Below are positions 50,701 to 63,325 of a DNA stretch of 64,000 bases, piece by piece. Source of the stretch: Leucoraja erinacea (taxonomy: Eukaryota); assembly GCF_028641065.1 (NCBI RefSeq), contig NC_073396.1:18910001-18974000 (forward strand). Direction: 5' to 3'. The position numbers were made by a program, and so were the translations under genes. The notes under the pieces were generated by a model, which saw only the letters and a program-made list of their open reading frames with translations, was not told where the DNA came from and ran no database searches. The number at the start of each line of letters is the position of its first letter. Within the stretch, counting starts at the first letter, position 1.

Positions 50701-53495
50701 GCCCGACAAACCAAACGTCACTCCCTAGGACAAGTGAAAAGGCACTGAAATTGTTCGGCCATCTCCCACAACCATCAATCACTTCCTTCACTTTAAAACA
50801 CAAGCCAGCAACCTCTTGAATGTTCTGACTCCATCCTGTGTCCTGACATGTCTGAAACCGAATCAGATTGTTGGAAAGCTGAACAGGGGCTGACAATCGG
50901 TGCCATTACCAGGATGATCTATTCCCACCTTTCGCAATCCTTGAATCGGCTCCTTGACCACCTGCCCCCCTCAGTCAGCCCTGATAAGCTGGAGGTTATC
51001 TAAAATCCTGCCGTCTGGGCCTTGACTTGTACCCATTCCCATTCACATATCACCCCTGTTCAAACTGACCTACTTAGACTTGTGGTTAAACAACATGTCA
51101 GTTTGAGATAACTAACTTATTCCAATGACTGTGTCCTTTCTACATCATCTCCAACCTTGAAAAATTGAGAAATTTAAATTCCTGCAATTCTGTGCCTTTT
51201 GCTTCCCCCCCCGCCCATTTGATATGCACTGATAGTGATGCATGTGACCGCCTGCCAGCAACTTCTGGAATTCTTGCCCAAATGTCACCATCGGAGCATT
51301 TTGGAATGTTTCACGGCATTAAAGGTACTATATCAGTGGGGATTTGTTAATTGGCCATTGCTCTGCAACTAACGCTGTAACATTATATCCAGCACTTTGA
51401 TATTTTTCTCTTTGCACTACCTGTTGTGTGTGGCTCAATTGTACTTATGTATGGTATGATGTGATTTAATTGGCTAGCACATAAACAAAAGGTTTGCACT
51501 GTGGCAGAGTGCACGTGACAATTACAGACCAACCTTTCCCACCAGCAGGCAAAGAAGATGATTCTGACATGGAGATGCAGGAGGACGAGGGCTCCGACAG
51601 TGACGTGGAGGACAGGCGCCCACTAAAGCCACGCCTCACTAGGGAGCTGCCAATTCACGGTACGTGTCTGCCTGAGGTGAGGTTAACGTGAAGGGGTTTC
51701 AAGACCAATGGATCTATCCTGTAAATGAGAATAGCCAGGATACAAAAACTCTGCACTCAATGGTTGAATTCGTCACTGCTGCTTTGTGAATTTATCAGCT
51801 TCATTTCAGCAATACTCAATGGAGGCTGATTACACGTCTCGCTGTTGCTTTTTCATTTCTCTGTATAATATTACATCAGTTTCTGCTTTTACTGACAGTT
51901 TGAGTTTGGGCTGTGAGCCTGCAACTCATGTGTGTAGCCTGTCTGCCAGTGTTTTATGTTTGGGCATCCAGCTTTAATCAAATCGCTCACTGTTGACAGG
52001 GAGAGTTGGTGGTCGCGTGGTTGGGACGATGCACGGAGGGGACACAGAGGAAGAGGTAAGAGACCAAACCGCTTGCGATCTCACACTCGCGGCTCAGAGA
52101 TGCCAGCGTTTGTTGCACCAGAGTGGGCTCTTGTCCTTTCAATCCTTAACCATGGCTTCCTCAGTCCATTTCCCACCACAATGCCCATCTCTTACTTCCC
52201 TTTCTGTAATCATCTCAAACTGCTCACCATTGGTGCCTGGTTCATTTGTGTTCCAAACTCAGTTCATACTGATTTGTAAAATCAGTCCAGCCTTGCTGCT
52301 TTTGGCTGAGTTTGAGTTAAATCTTTTTTTGTTGCTTTCCATTCTTGCTCCCATGAAGCTGCAAACACTGTCTACTTGGTCAAAGGAGGCCGAGAACACC
52401 AACCCCAGCAAGGTCAGTTCAGACATCCCTCTGCTGCTGTGACTCAATGTAGTGTAGCTATGTGCATTTAGTGCAATGCTTTGTGAACCACTGTCCCTTT
52501 TGTGCATTGATCTTTATTGTTTGCTGCCCCTGCTGGATATTGGAGCCAGCAGGGGCAGAATCCACATCTGTGGTACTTGTATCTCAGCAGGTCAGGATTC
52601 TTTAGACAGGCAATATTTTGAGTCAGGACCTTATTGATTTTCAGTCCAAAGAGTTCAGAGCTAAAATATTGTCTTTCCATTTCCTTCCACAGACACTGAC
52701 AAGTTCCTTCTGCACTTTGTTTACTCAAGATTCCAGCATCTTGTCCCCAGTTGTGTTTCTCAATCACCACCTACACATTGCTCCCATAACCCATGACAAA
52801 ACCTTGGCACAATGTAACTTGGTTAGGCCAAAGGGGTTGTTTCCGTGCTGTATGGTTCCAATTTAGTTAGGAAAGTGAGGATAAATGTCCAAGGGAGAAA
52901 TTGGTCTACCCTATAAGAGGCATAGATAGGGTAGACCATAAGAATCTTTCTCCAAGGATGGAAATGTCCAACACTAAAGGACATAAAGGTGCTCAGGGGG
53001 GGGAAGTTGTTTAAAAACAGTGGTGGACGCCTGGAATGCAGTGTCGGGGGGAGGGTTGGAGGCAGGTACAATAGTGGCATTTAAAAGGCATTTAGATAGG
53101 CATATGAAAGTGCAGGGAATAGAGGGTATGGATCATGCTCAGGTAACTGAGATCAGTTTAACTTAGCATCATGTTTGGCACTGAAGGGCCTGTTTCGTGT
53201 TATTATGGAAACCTGATGTGATTATTTCAGAAACACTGCTGCCAGCCTTCAGTGTTAATCAGATAGGGAGCTGCAGGTGAGGCAGGTATTTTAATTAAAA
53301 GCATCATTGACAGTTATTGATTCATTGTTGAATTTCCTTCCGGTGCAGGATGAATCAGAGAACAGTGAGGATGACGATGAGGAGGAAGAATATGAAATTG
53401 TTGATGATGATGAAAGCATCGACATTCAGCCAGATCAGTCTGCCACACGAATACACAAGCAGGAGCTGCTCGATGAAAGTGACAACGACTTTTAG
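41399..53495 (+). CDS. CLUAP1: Clusterin-associated protein 1 (IFT38). Exons 41399-41420, 42617-42728, 43549-43633, 43828-44007, 44541-44636, 45387-45470, 46385-46518, 47831-47972, 49997-50069, 51549-51659, 52000-52055, 53349-53495 (413 aa)
   Basis: [74 protein letters not shown] and C-terminal DESDNDF. 1242 nt, all GT-AG and in phase. ATTAAA at 53761. Confidence 0.98.
48233..49620 (+). mobile_element. Tc1/mariner transposon derivative with long inverted ends and a truncated transposase
   Basis: TA|CAGTG...ACTG|TA termini and ~315-bp inverted ends containing a repeated CATAATGTTTGGGACA. Transposase remnants: paired-like HTH, GWPRK, TDETK and [11 protein letters not shown]. The distal catalytic D and E are missing. 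Confidence 0.95.
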
Positions 53496-53841
53496 TCGGA
53501 CATGGAGCAGCAACTGATGCAGAACAAAGTCTAAGTGCAAGGCTCTGGTGATGGACTTGCTGGCTTGCTCCAGCTTCTTATTCCAGTGTATTGTGCAGTG
53601 AACAGCTAACTGGCAAGGGTACAAGTTGGTGCTGAAGCAGACAGCACATCCAATTCCAGTGTAGTGATGTTTGTTACATTCTCAATTGCATTGATCTGGG
53701 GTTCTTGGAGTTTTCTTTTAAAATCCACTATGCAAACTAAAATGTTACAAGTTACAATATATTAAAACAGATTTCAAATATCTCAATTTCCTTCGAAGAC
53801 CAGCTACCTTGGCCCCATCATGAATGCTAGTTCCTGCGTAA

Positions 53842-54770
53842 TCTATATATTACTAAAACTTTGTATGCGTGTGTGGTATTTCAAAATCCCACCAAAACAG
53901 TACACATTAGCGCTACCATCTTTGGCCACCTTACTCACCATTGTCTTGGGATGTAAATGAAACCAGTTTCGTTCAGATGGATGTTATATTTTACAAGTTA
54001 TTGACATTTTAAACCTTACAAAAATCACTTTTCAAACCACTTCTCAGACTTGCCCTGCCTGTCAGATGTGTTCAACCTCACAATGGGATCCCGAATCTCA
54101 TTTACACGATTTTCAAAAAGAATCACGCTATTTTCAAAAAAAAAGGGTAAAAAAAAAACAAAACAATTTTCAAATTCCATCAGGGGGGGGGGGGGGGGGG
54201 GAGAAGGCAGGGATGGGGAGGTGAGGAGTGGGCAGCAGGGGGATAGAGGGAGAGGAGTGGGGTAGGGAGGGGAGAGGGATTATAGAGAGGGACTAACAGA
54301 GTAAAAGAAAGGGGGGGGGGAAAGAGGCGAGGGAGGGAGTGGTGGAGGGGCGGAGGAGAAGGGAAAGAAGAGGGAGGGGTAATGGAGGAGGATAGAGATA
54401 GGAAGAGGGATGGTGAGGTAATGGAGAGGAGGGAGGGCGTGAGGAGGAAGCAGAGGAGGGCAGGGAGAAGGATGATAATGGAGGGGGGGGGGTGAAATAG
54501 GGGACTGAAAAGGGAAAGTGAGATGCGTTCACATTTATCTTATATTTTACATGTTATTGCCATTTTGAACTTTAAAAATGTTGCAGTCGCGCTCCCACTT
54601 GCCGGCCGCGCCTGCGCAGTTGGGGGATGGTCGCAGTCACTCGTGTCACAACGGGGAGCTCTGACGTCACAACAGGAACCCGTTAGTCGCGCCTGTGCAG
54701 TTGGGGGCTATGGGTGAGTGGTGGATTACTGCGTCGAGGGATCAGCCCAAGGGGTCTGCACCTGGTCTAG
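53842..54770 (+). mobile_element. Non-autonomous Helitron (~930 bp)
   Basis: A|TCTATATATTACTAAAAC 5' end and CTAG|T 3' end with no TSD. Imperfect subterminal hairpin CAGCCC-AAG-GGGTCTG ~8 nt before CTAG. Internal purine-rich low-complexity tract. Confidence 0.82.
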
Positions 54771-54899
54771 TATACAATAGAATCCTTACCTACGCATTGC
54801 CTGGTTCTTCAGCTACAAACCTCCAGCAATTTCAATGGATCTGTATGACCCATCTGCATGTCCTGTGGTCTTCTGATAGCAACAAATAACTGCAGAGAC

Positions 54900-57326
54900 A
54901 GTGGTTATTGCTGTCGATTTTAATTAGTCAGTGTCTGGATGCTTACAGTAGCCACATCACCATTCATTCCATATCCCTGCACCAAAAAAGCCAGTCTATA
55001 CAGATGTGCAAACCTTGTATTTCTGTACAATCACAATTACCATGGATGATCAATGCAATGTTAATTCCCTGGTCGTCAGGCAGCTTCTGTATAAACAGCA
55101 AGTATTGATGCTTAGATTAGCTCTGGTGATGAAACAGTACACAAACCAGTATCAGAATTTTCTTTAAAAACAGTTTGAGCTAAATCTCACATTGGTTTTC
55201 AATTGTCAGGACAGTACATTGATAAGACTATTTGCATTTAAGACATTTTATACATTGTGACAGTATCATCTTCTTCATGGTAGCAAGTGCGAGTTAATGC
55301 ATTCTCCATAAAGAAATCAACATTGAACCTGCTTCCTTCTCAGTTTCTTACTATATACAGACACAATCTATTGACTTTACAAAATTGAGAAGCTCTCAAG
55401 TGATTCCACTGAATGCACTGGTTATCAGACTCCAGTACAAATCTGCCTTCATTCTATAAAAAATAACTTTCTACTGTAAAGGATAGAAAATTCAAAATAT
55501 ACATTGATTTACACAAGAGACAATGCAGCAAAGTTTACAAGCAGACAGCAATGCCTTGCATCAGATACAAGAGGTACTGGGAGAACTCAGAGCTGAAGCA
55601 CCCAAGGCCTCGCCATGTAACAGAACATCTTTGCACAAGGTTAAAGAAAACTTGGACTGAAAAACAATACTCCAGCACTAGCAGCCATTGTTGCTGAACG
55701 AGGGAGCCACAATCTGCAATCCGTTCCCTCATCCACATGGATGCAAGGCACCAGTTATCTGGGCTAGCCAAGGAATGGGCATTCTTTGCAATCTCTCAAC
55801 AATTTTCCTCTAGGCAACCACCAAGACTGAGATGAGGAAGGGTCCTGAACAGCAGCTTACCACAATGCTGCAAAGGGAGAGGAGTCGGTATTACCGAGCT
55901 GGGCAGTCTTGTGGATTAAACACACACAATACCAGTGGCAACTACTGACTGCAACTCTCCCACCTCTTGTTGAATATATAGATCTCAACTCCTGCATTCA
56001 TTTTTAACCAGCAAGTAGGCATGCTCTCAGCTATTGGGTGTTAAAAGTGCTCAGGTGATTTATTTTAGGAAAAAATGGAGTAAATAAATACTCAATAAAT
56101 ATTGTAGTGTCACTGGGCACCTGGGCTGATTTGCACCGACCTCAGATGCGATGAGTGGGTGAACTAGGAGAGTGTACAGAAACAAGGACTATGTCAGCGA
56201 GCATCACCGGACAGCCATGTCAAACAACGATCAGTGCAACAATGGTGAGGCAAGAATAGCGATCAGGTGTGTACACACCTGGTGTCAGTTATAAGTGTCA
56301 TTGTCAAATGTTGTACAAAGCCATCAGTGTTTCTGGTGCTACTGGTACTTGGAGTGCAATTGGAGTGCAATTGGCGTGTAGTGATTTGTGGGGAAAAATG
56401 CACAACTAGTACAGAACTCGTGCACACTGATCAAGGGAATGTGGTTTGTGATGCAGTCCCTGGATTAGGACATCAAGTCTCTTCACATCAACGGCCTGTT
56501 GTGGCAGACCTGGGGTGTGCGCAATACAGTCAGTCCTTGCAGCAGGCAGATAACCACAAGCCTGACAAGACACGAGTCAGGCCAGTACACCGGCCAAGTC
56601 CTGCAGCAGAGTGTTGATCAGACTTCTTGCAAATGCCAGGCAACATCATTGCACAACTGAAAGAAAACTTGTCGAGCATGGAGTAAAAGGGCAGGAAGAC
56701 ATTCCTAGAGGGGCAATGAGTAGGTTCATGACCCTAAACAAAGGCTGGAGTCAGATCCCAGGTTCAAGGTGTGACCATTGAGTTGGGTTATAGACCGGAG
56801 GAAGGCTGGATTTGAGGACATAAATCTGGATTCCCCACCCCCCCAGCCAACCCTGCAGAGAAGCCGACTAGCTGCTCCTTGTAGAATGGAGTCCCGCAGT
56901 AGAGCTCAGAGTGGGTGCAGCATTATTTAGGTTCCCACTGACATGAACTCTGAGTCCGGCCTTATGCAGGCTGCTCCCCACTGCCCCGCACCCCATTATC
57001 ATCAATGTGTTGACTTGGTTCACTGCATTTTAGTGACACGATTTACTGTTACCGGCCATTAGCTGGGTATTTTGGTCCTGGGGAGACATGACGACCATTC
57101 TGCGATCCTCACACAAGAGCGACTGGAAACGGAAAACAGAAAACCTGCAAGAAATTACCAACTGCCTGTCGTACCTTGGCACACGGACAGGAAGACAAAG
57201 TGAATGCTGTGTGGGTTTACACAGGTCCGTGGTTCAAGAGTTAGGACAGAATTCTGCAGCCAAATTGCCTGACCATTTACACACAAGTGACAGAAGAGCT
57301 ACTGTTTGTACACTGGTCCCGGGAGG
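54900..57326 (-). other. RAB11FIP3: Probable RAB11FIP3 3' UTR with candidate polyA signals AATAAA (56059-56064) and ATTAAA (54919-54924)
   Basis: 2.4 kb free of recognisable repeats directly after the stop codon, in a window otherwise dense with them. Confidence 0.6.
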
Positions 57327-60300
57327 CTAGGAATGGGCCTCCTCCGCTTGTTTGATCTCTAAAATTGCAGGATTCGTCTCCATGATTGCAACAACAATCC
57401 GGTCAATGTAGTCCTGTAGCCTGTAGTTTATCTCTTCCTGCTTCTGAATTGCATCCATAAGCTGTGACAAAACAGAAACCACATTGAGATGATCACAACT
57501 AGAAAGTCTACCCCAGATACACAGATCTCACTTTCCCCAAACTTTGCTGAGGTGCTGGAGGCAGACAATCACCTCCCCCCACTTTCAATCTGAAGAAGGG
57601 TTCAGACCCGAAATGTCAACCATCCTTTTTCTCCAAAGATGCTGCCTGTCCCGCTGAGTTACTCGGGCATTTTGTGTCTACCTGCACTGTTCAGTGTTCT
57701 ACTGGAGATTAGTGTAGAGAGTCAGTGCGGGTGGGGCAGGATGGGCTGAAGGGCCAGATTCCAGGCTGTATAGCTTAGTTACGACAGACCTCTGACCAGC
57801 CCAATGTCAGACTTAAGTCAAGATCGGCTTGTACTCGCTAGAATTTAGAACATTGAGGGGGGGGGGATCTTATAGAAACAGGCTAGATGCAGGAAGATTG
57901 TTCCCAATGTTGGGGAAGTCCAGAACAAGGGGTCACAGTTTAAGGATAAGGGGGAAATATTTTAGGACCGAGATGGGAAAAACATTTTTCACACAGAGAG
58001 TGGTGAATCTCTGGAATTCTCTGCCACAGAAGGTAGTTGAGGCCAGTTCATTGGCTATATTTAAGAGGGAGTTAGATGTGGCCCTTGTGGCTAAAGGGAT
58101 CAGGGGGTATGGAGAGAAGGCGGGTACAGGATACCGAGTTGGATGATCAGCCATGATCATATTGAATGGCGGTGCAGGCTCGAAGGGCCGAATGGCCTAC
58201 TCCTGCACTTATTTTCTATATTTCTATGTTAAACACCACCAGCCGAGTCCTGAGAAAAGACTGCATGCCGTGGTTATAAATAACCGCACTTACACAAGTA
58301 TTTAATGACTAAATGATTATAAATTAGGTTGAAGACAGACTTACTTCATCCCTGGACACTGAGCTGATTTCCGCAGCCAGGGACTCCGAGATGGACGTGG
58401 TGTAAAGGCTCTTTGCCCCCTGGATGCTCAGGTTGATAATCTGCCCGTTCAGCTCATCGTTTTGCTCCTTCAGATTTCGGTTGTCCTAGAACGAGAGACA
58501 AGGGGTTAATGCTGATCCCATGGGTGGCCCGTGGAGTGGGGTTCGAAAGTACAAGGAAGGGAAGGAGGGGGCAAGTGCCCCGGGGAAGTACCCCTCTGGT
58601 AATGCTGACCCCATGAACGGCCCCCGGTGGGGAGGCGGGGGGGTGAAGGAGAAACAAACAACATAAGTCCCGGCGAAAGGCCAGTGTCCTGGGGAAAGGG
58701 GAGGGAAGCATGAGAGCAATGGGTTAATGCCCACACCAAGAGCCCACCAGAGTGCCAGCTACCCGTACCTGCTTGAGGCGTTTGATCTCATGCTCTAGCT
58801 CAGCCTCGCGGTTGCGGCTGTTGTACTCCTGCAGCCCGATGCTGCTGGATCGGCCCCGCAGCCTCTCCGCCTCCAGCTTGAAGAGCTGTAGCTGCTCCAG
58901 TTGCTTGCGCAGATCTTCGATGAGCTGTGGGCAGAGAGAGATGGGTCACAAAGGGGGTTGGGCCAGGGAGAGGCAGATCAGGATGGCAACCGCTCCACCA
59001 TACAGGAACTTCTGCTGCTCAAAACCACACTCTCCAGCTCATTCAAAGTGCTAGAGACAGGCTTTTGTCCCCAACCACCAAGTGCTGGAGGAACTCGGGT
59101 GGTCAGGACAGGAAACACTTCTGGTGCAGACCCTTCCAAAATCTTCAGACTTTTGTTCGGCGTGGTCAAGAATGGGAGAAAGGACTCGGGTGCCTCACCT
59201 CTTGAGTGGTTTCCTTCTCCTTCTGGAATTGGTATTTCTTGTGCCAGAGTTTATCCGACAGCTTCTGGTTGTTCTCCTGCTCCTCCTTCAGCTTCTGCAT
59301 CAGATCATCCATTTCATCCAACAGCTTCCGCTTCTCCTGAAACAGTAACGCCTCAGTAACAGTACCTGCGTAGACCCCTCGTCAATCACTGCACCATGCG
59401 TAGACCCCTCCCCAATCACCCATCTCCCCCGCCACAAAGTGTATGTCCTGCCTCCCCCTTCATGCCCATAACCACCCCTTGGCATTTGCCACAGATAAGG
59501 CCCCATCTCCAGCGCAACCCACGCTCTTCTGGAACCACGGGCAAGAGGTCAGGTCTCTCAGCAGCGGGAGTTCGATCAACAGTCAGCAATGTAGGCAGGT
59601 CAATTAAATAATTGAGGCAGGATGCCAGGACGACTAATGAACTGGAGTAGCTGGGAATTTAATTTAGTTAAATAAATGTGGAAATAAAATGGGTTCAGAA
59701 AAGATTTACGAGGATGTTGCCAGGACTAGAGAGTGTGAGCTAGAGGGAGAGGTCGAGTAGGCTGGGTCTCTATGCCATGGAGCGCAGGAAAATGAGGGGT
59801 GATCTTATAGAGGTGTACAAAATCATGAGAGAAATAGATCGGGTAGACGCAGAGTCTCTTGCCCAGAGTAGGGAATCGAGGACCAGAGGACATAGGTTCA
59901 AGGTGAGAGGAAAATGATTTAATAGGAATCCAAGGGGTTTTCACACAAAGGATGGTGGGTGTATGGAACAAGCTGCCATAGGAGGTAGTTGAGGCTATGA
60001 CTATCCCAACGTTTAAGAAACAGACAGGTACTTGGATAGGACAGGTTTGGAGGGATATGGACCAAGCGCAGGCATGTGGGACTCATGTAGCTGGGACATT
60101 GTTTGCCAGTGTGGACAAGTTGGGCCAAAGGGCCCGTTTCCACACTCTATGACAAAGCAGCAGCATCAGTAACGGCCATTGAATGAGTTTTCAAATGGTA
60201 GTTCTAATGTTTTTCAGGGAAAGGAATCCTACTAAAGATTGAGCCTTTGTGCCAATGACACACAGGAAGGAAACGGAGCAGATTATTAACAGCCTCTGAA

Positions 60301-63300
60301 ATGGTGCGTGAAGCTTTACAGCTCAGGAGTGGTCAGGGATGGACTTTACACCAGCACCGATGTCTCGTCAATAACTAATAACACAGTGGGGGGGGAGGGT
60401 GTTTGCTAGTGTACCAGATACAGTGGTCAGCCAGGCAGTACAAGGGGTTAAAGCCAGCGTCAGCAATAGAAGTGGACCAATGCGCAAGTTAAGTGACTAT
60501 CGCCGTGCTGGGACAGAGCAAGGGAATCAAATCTGTACCTCCTCCAGCCGCTCCGTGTTGGCCCGCAGGCAGGGAATGCAAGCCCGCAGCTCGCTGTTCT
60601 CCTCGTCCAGCTGTTGCAACCTGTGTAGACAGATGCACCAAGCGTCACTTCCTGCTGCGTTCATTCTTGGGACCTCCGAGCCCACCCACCATTCACTGTA
60701 CTGTCTCTGGAACTGATGCACTACAATACTGGGAACTGCATTCTACCCTCTGTATCTCCCTTTTGTTCTATGTATTGTACATGAATTTGACCCGACTGTA
60801 TTTATGTATAGAGTATCTGATCTGTTTGGATAATACAACAAAGCTTTTCACTGTACCTCAGTACACATGATAATAATAAATCTAAACCTCAATGACAGGA
60901 GGCAAGACTCAACATTAACGCAGGCCCAACTCCAGCCCAAGTACAAGGGTTGAACAATTTACTGACGGTGCTTCTGCTGTTTGGGAAAAGTCCTATTCAC
61001 AGTGACAACACTGACCCTTATTACACTGCAGGCAACTTGGGCAAGTCCAAAGAGGCTTCGATGCAAAAGGCATAGACAATGTGTATGGTGGTGGCAATGG
61101 AAGGGGGGGGGGGGAAAGAGTGGGAGAGAACATCAGGGAGACAGACTCTCCAACCCTTCTATCTAATCATGATTGCTCTTTCCAGGTCTTGTCCATGTTA
61201 TTCAAGGCCATCAATTCTCCACACATTCACCCATCTCCTCTTTAAATACTGCAACCTCCACTCTCTGTGAGAACAAATGCCAGCGTTTTAGATGATTATT
61301 ATCCCCTTATCTTATAAACAGCCCCTCATTTAAAACCCTCCGAGCATTGGAAACATCACATCCACCCCATCATGCTTCCTCTTGATCCTGCATCTTCCAA
61401 TGCAATGATCCTTTTAAACACCAAAGAATACAGACTAAGTTTTTCCAGCCACTCGTTAGTGACATTCCCACCAAACTGCTTCCAATGCTGCTAGATCCTC
61501 TGTTAAATAAGGGGACAGAGCTGTACCCAGTGCTCTAAGCGTGGCTTCACCAACACCCTGCACAATTGTAAAGATACAATAAGCCTCCAGTAATCTTCTA
61601 TCAGCTTTCGCAAATACCGATGGTTTGGGATGCAGGAATATATGCGAGAACAGAACATTTCACTTTCTGGCCAATTAGTTTAACTTGGCATCATGGTCAG
61701 CACAGGCGTTGTGGACTGAAGCTGTTCTTGTGCAGTTAATGTCTGGTGCCACTCACTGCTAATCGCCAGCCTGGGCTCGCATCCTATGCTGCACAGTGGC
61801 AGAGTGTCTGCCTTGCCGCGCCAGATACCCAGGTTGGATCCTGACTATGGGTGCTGTCTGTACAGAGTTAAGAGCTAGATAGGGCTCTTAAAGATAGCAG
61901 AGTCGGGGGATATGGGGGGGGAAGGCAGGAACGGGGTACTGATTGGGGATGATCAGCCATGATCACATTAAATGGCGGTGCTGGCTCGACCTACTCCTGC
62001 ACCACCCATTATCTATTGTATGTTCTTCCTATGACTGCTTGAAGTTTTCTCCGGGTACTCCGGTTTCCTCACACACTCCAAAGACGCACAGGTTTGGAGA
62101 TTAATTGGCTTTGGTCAAATTGTAAATTGTCACTGGTGTGTAGGATAGTGCTAGTGTACGGGCTGATTGCTGGTTGGCACGGACTCTGTAGGCTGAAGGG
62201 CCTGTTTCCACGCTGTATCTCTAAAGTGAATAACAGGGCTCCTTCTCTGTTCTCCCCCAGGGTGAGCTCTGCCACCTCTGCAGGAGAGCTGGAGGAAGGC
62301 ATGACCCTGGCCCTCGAACGGTTAACACGGGCGGTTACCTGGTGTGTAGATTCTCCATCTCGATCACTTGCTCCCTCTCCACCTTGCTCAGAACATCTTT
62401 CTGCTTCTTGATTTCCTCCAGTAACATCTCCTCAGACTTGTTCTCCTGCTCTTTTAGCTGCTCTTCCAAAGCATTGGCCCTGTTTGGAGATGGTCAGAGA
62501 ATGAGCTGCGTTGCACCCACCCACAGAAGAGCCTCCGCGCTCACCAGCCCCATGCGGGGGGGTGGGGGAAGATCGCAGCTGAACCAAGCCACCCGCTTGT
62601 TTTAACACCAGTCCTTTAAACTAACAGCGGCTCAGGGTGGCATCACCGGTGAGGGAGCAACTTAAATGAGCTGGAAATGTGAGTTACAAGGCTAAACGTA
62701 GTCCAGAGTGATAGAGTGTGGAAACAGGCCCTTCGGCCCAACTTGCCCACAGTTGATCAGCTCCCCTCCCTCTGCAAGGTGACATTGTAAAATGCAAGTT
62801 AACCCCTTGCTCCAATGCAGTCAATACGTAGAGGGCAGAGATGGAGAGGGCCGGTGGCTCCCGCTATACCCATCCCCCAGGGGCTCTGGCACACGTCCCA
62901 CACCCCCCCCCCCCCCGGGGTCCCCCCCCCCCCCCCCCCAGTCACTACATCCCTTACGGATCCTACTGCACCCCCCCCACCCCACTCTAGCCCTCACTGC
63001 CCACCCACCCACCCCCCCCCCCTCCCCCCCACCGGCACTCTAGCCCTCACTGCCCACCCACCCACCCCCCCCCCCCCCCCCACCGGCACTCTAGCCCTCA
63101 CTGCCCACCCATGGCCACTCCCACCCCCCTCGGACCTCCCATCGCCTTCCACTCTCAACCCCCCCCCCCCCCCTCTCCAGAGCTCCCACCACCCCCTCCT
63201 CCTCTCCCCCAGGGCTCACACCTATGCACCAGTTGCAGGTTCTCTTGTTTCAGGCGGCCGTGCACCTCTCCGTTGGCTGTGTTCTCCTGTTCCAGCTCCG

Positions 63301-63325
63301 TCACTCGTTTCTCCAGGAATATCAC
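57327..63325 (-). CDS. RAB11FIP3: Rab11 family-interacting protein 3, 5'-partial. Exons 63325-63222, 62479-62339, 60620-60539, 59336-59199, 58924-58769, 58485-58345, 57461-57327
   Basis: Coiled-coil peptides RLKQENLQLVHRANALEEQLKEQE, LQQLDEENSELR and DNRNLKEQNDELNGQII, then the Rab11-binding domain LMDAIQKQEEINYRLQDYIDRIVVAIMETNPAILEIK (FIP3-type rather than FIP4). 897 nt in frame. Confidence 0.95.
57822..58228 (+). mobile_element. Well-preserved CR1 LINE 3' fragment in the last RAB11FIP3 intron
   Basis: SRTRGHSLRIRG..FRTEM..FFTQRVVNLWNSLP peptide and CR1 3' tail. Confidence 0.88.
59693..60150 (+). mobile_element. CR1 LINE 3' fragment
   Basis: Degenerate C-terminal ORF2 (RFTRMLPGL..RGDLIEVYK) and tail. 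Confidence 0.8.
62900..63175. repeat. C-rich low-complexity tract with three CTCTAGCCCTCACTGCCCACCC units
   Basis: Tandem repetition and long C homopolymers. Confidence 0.85.
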
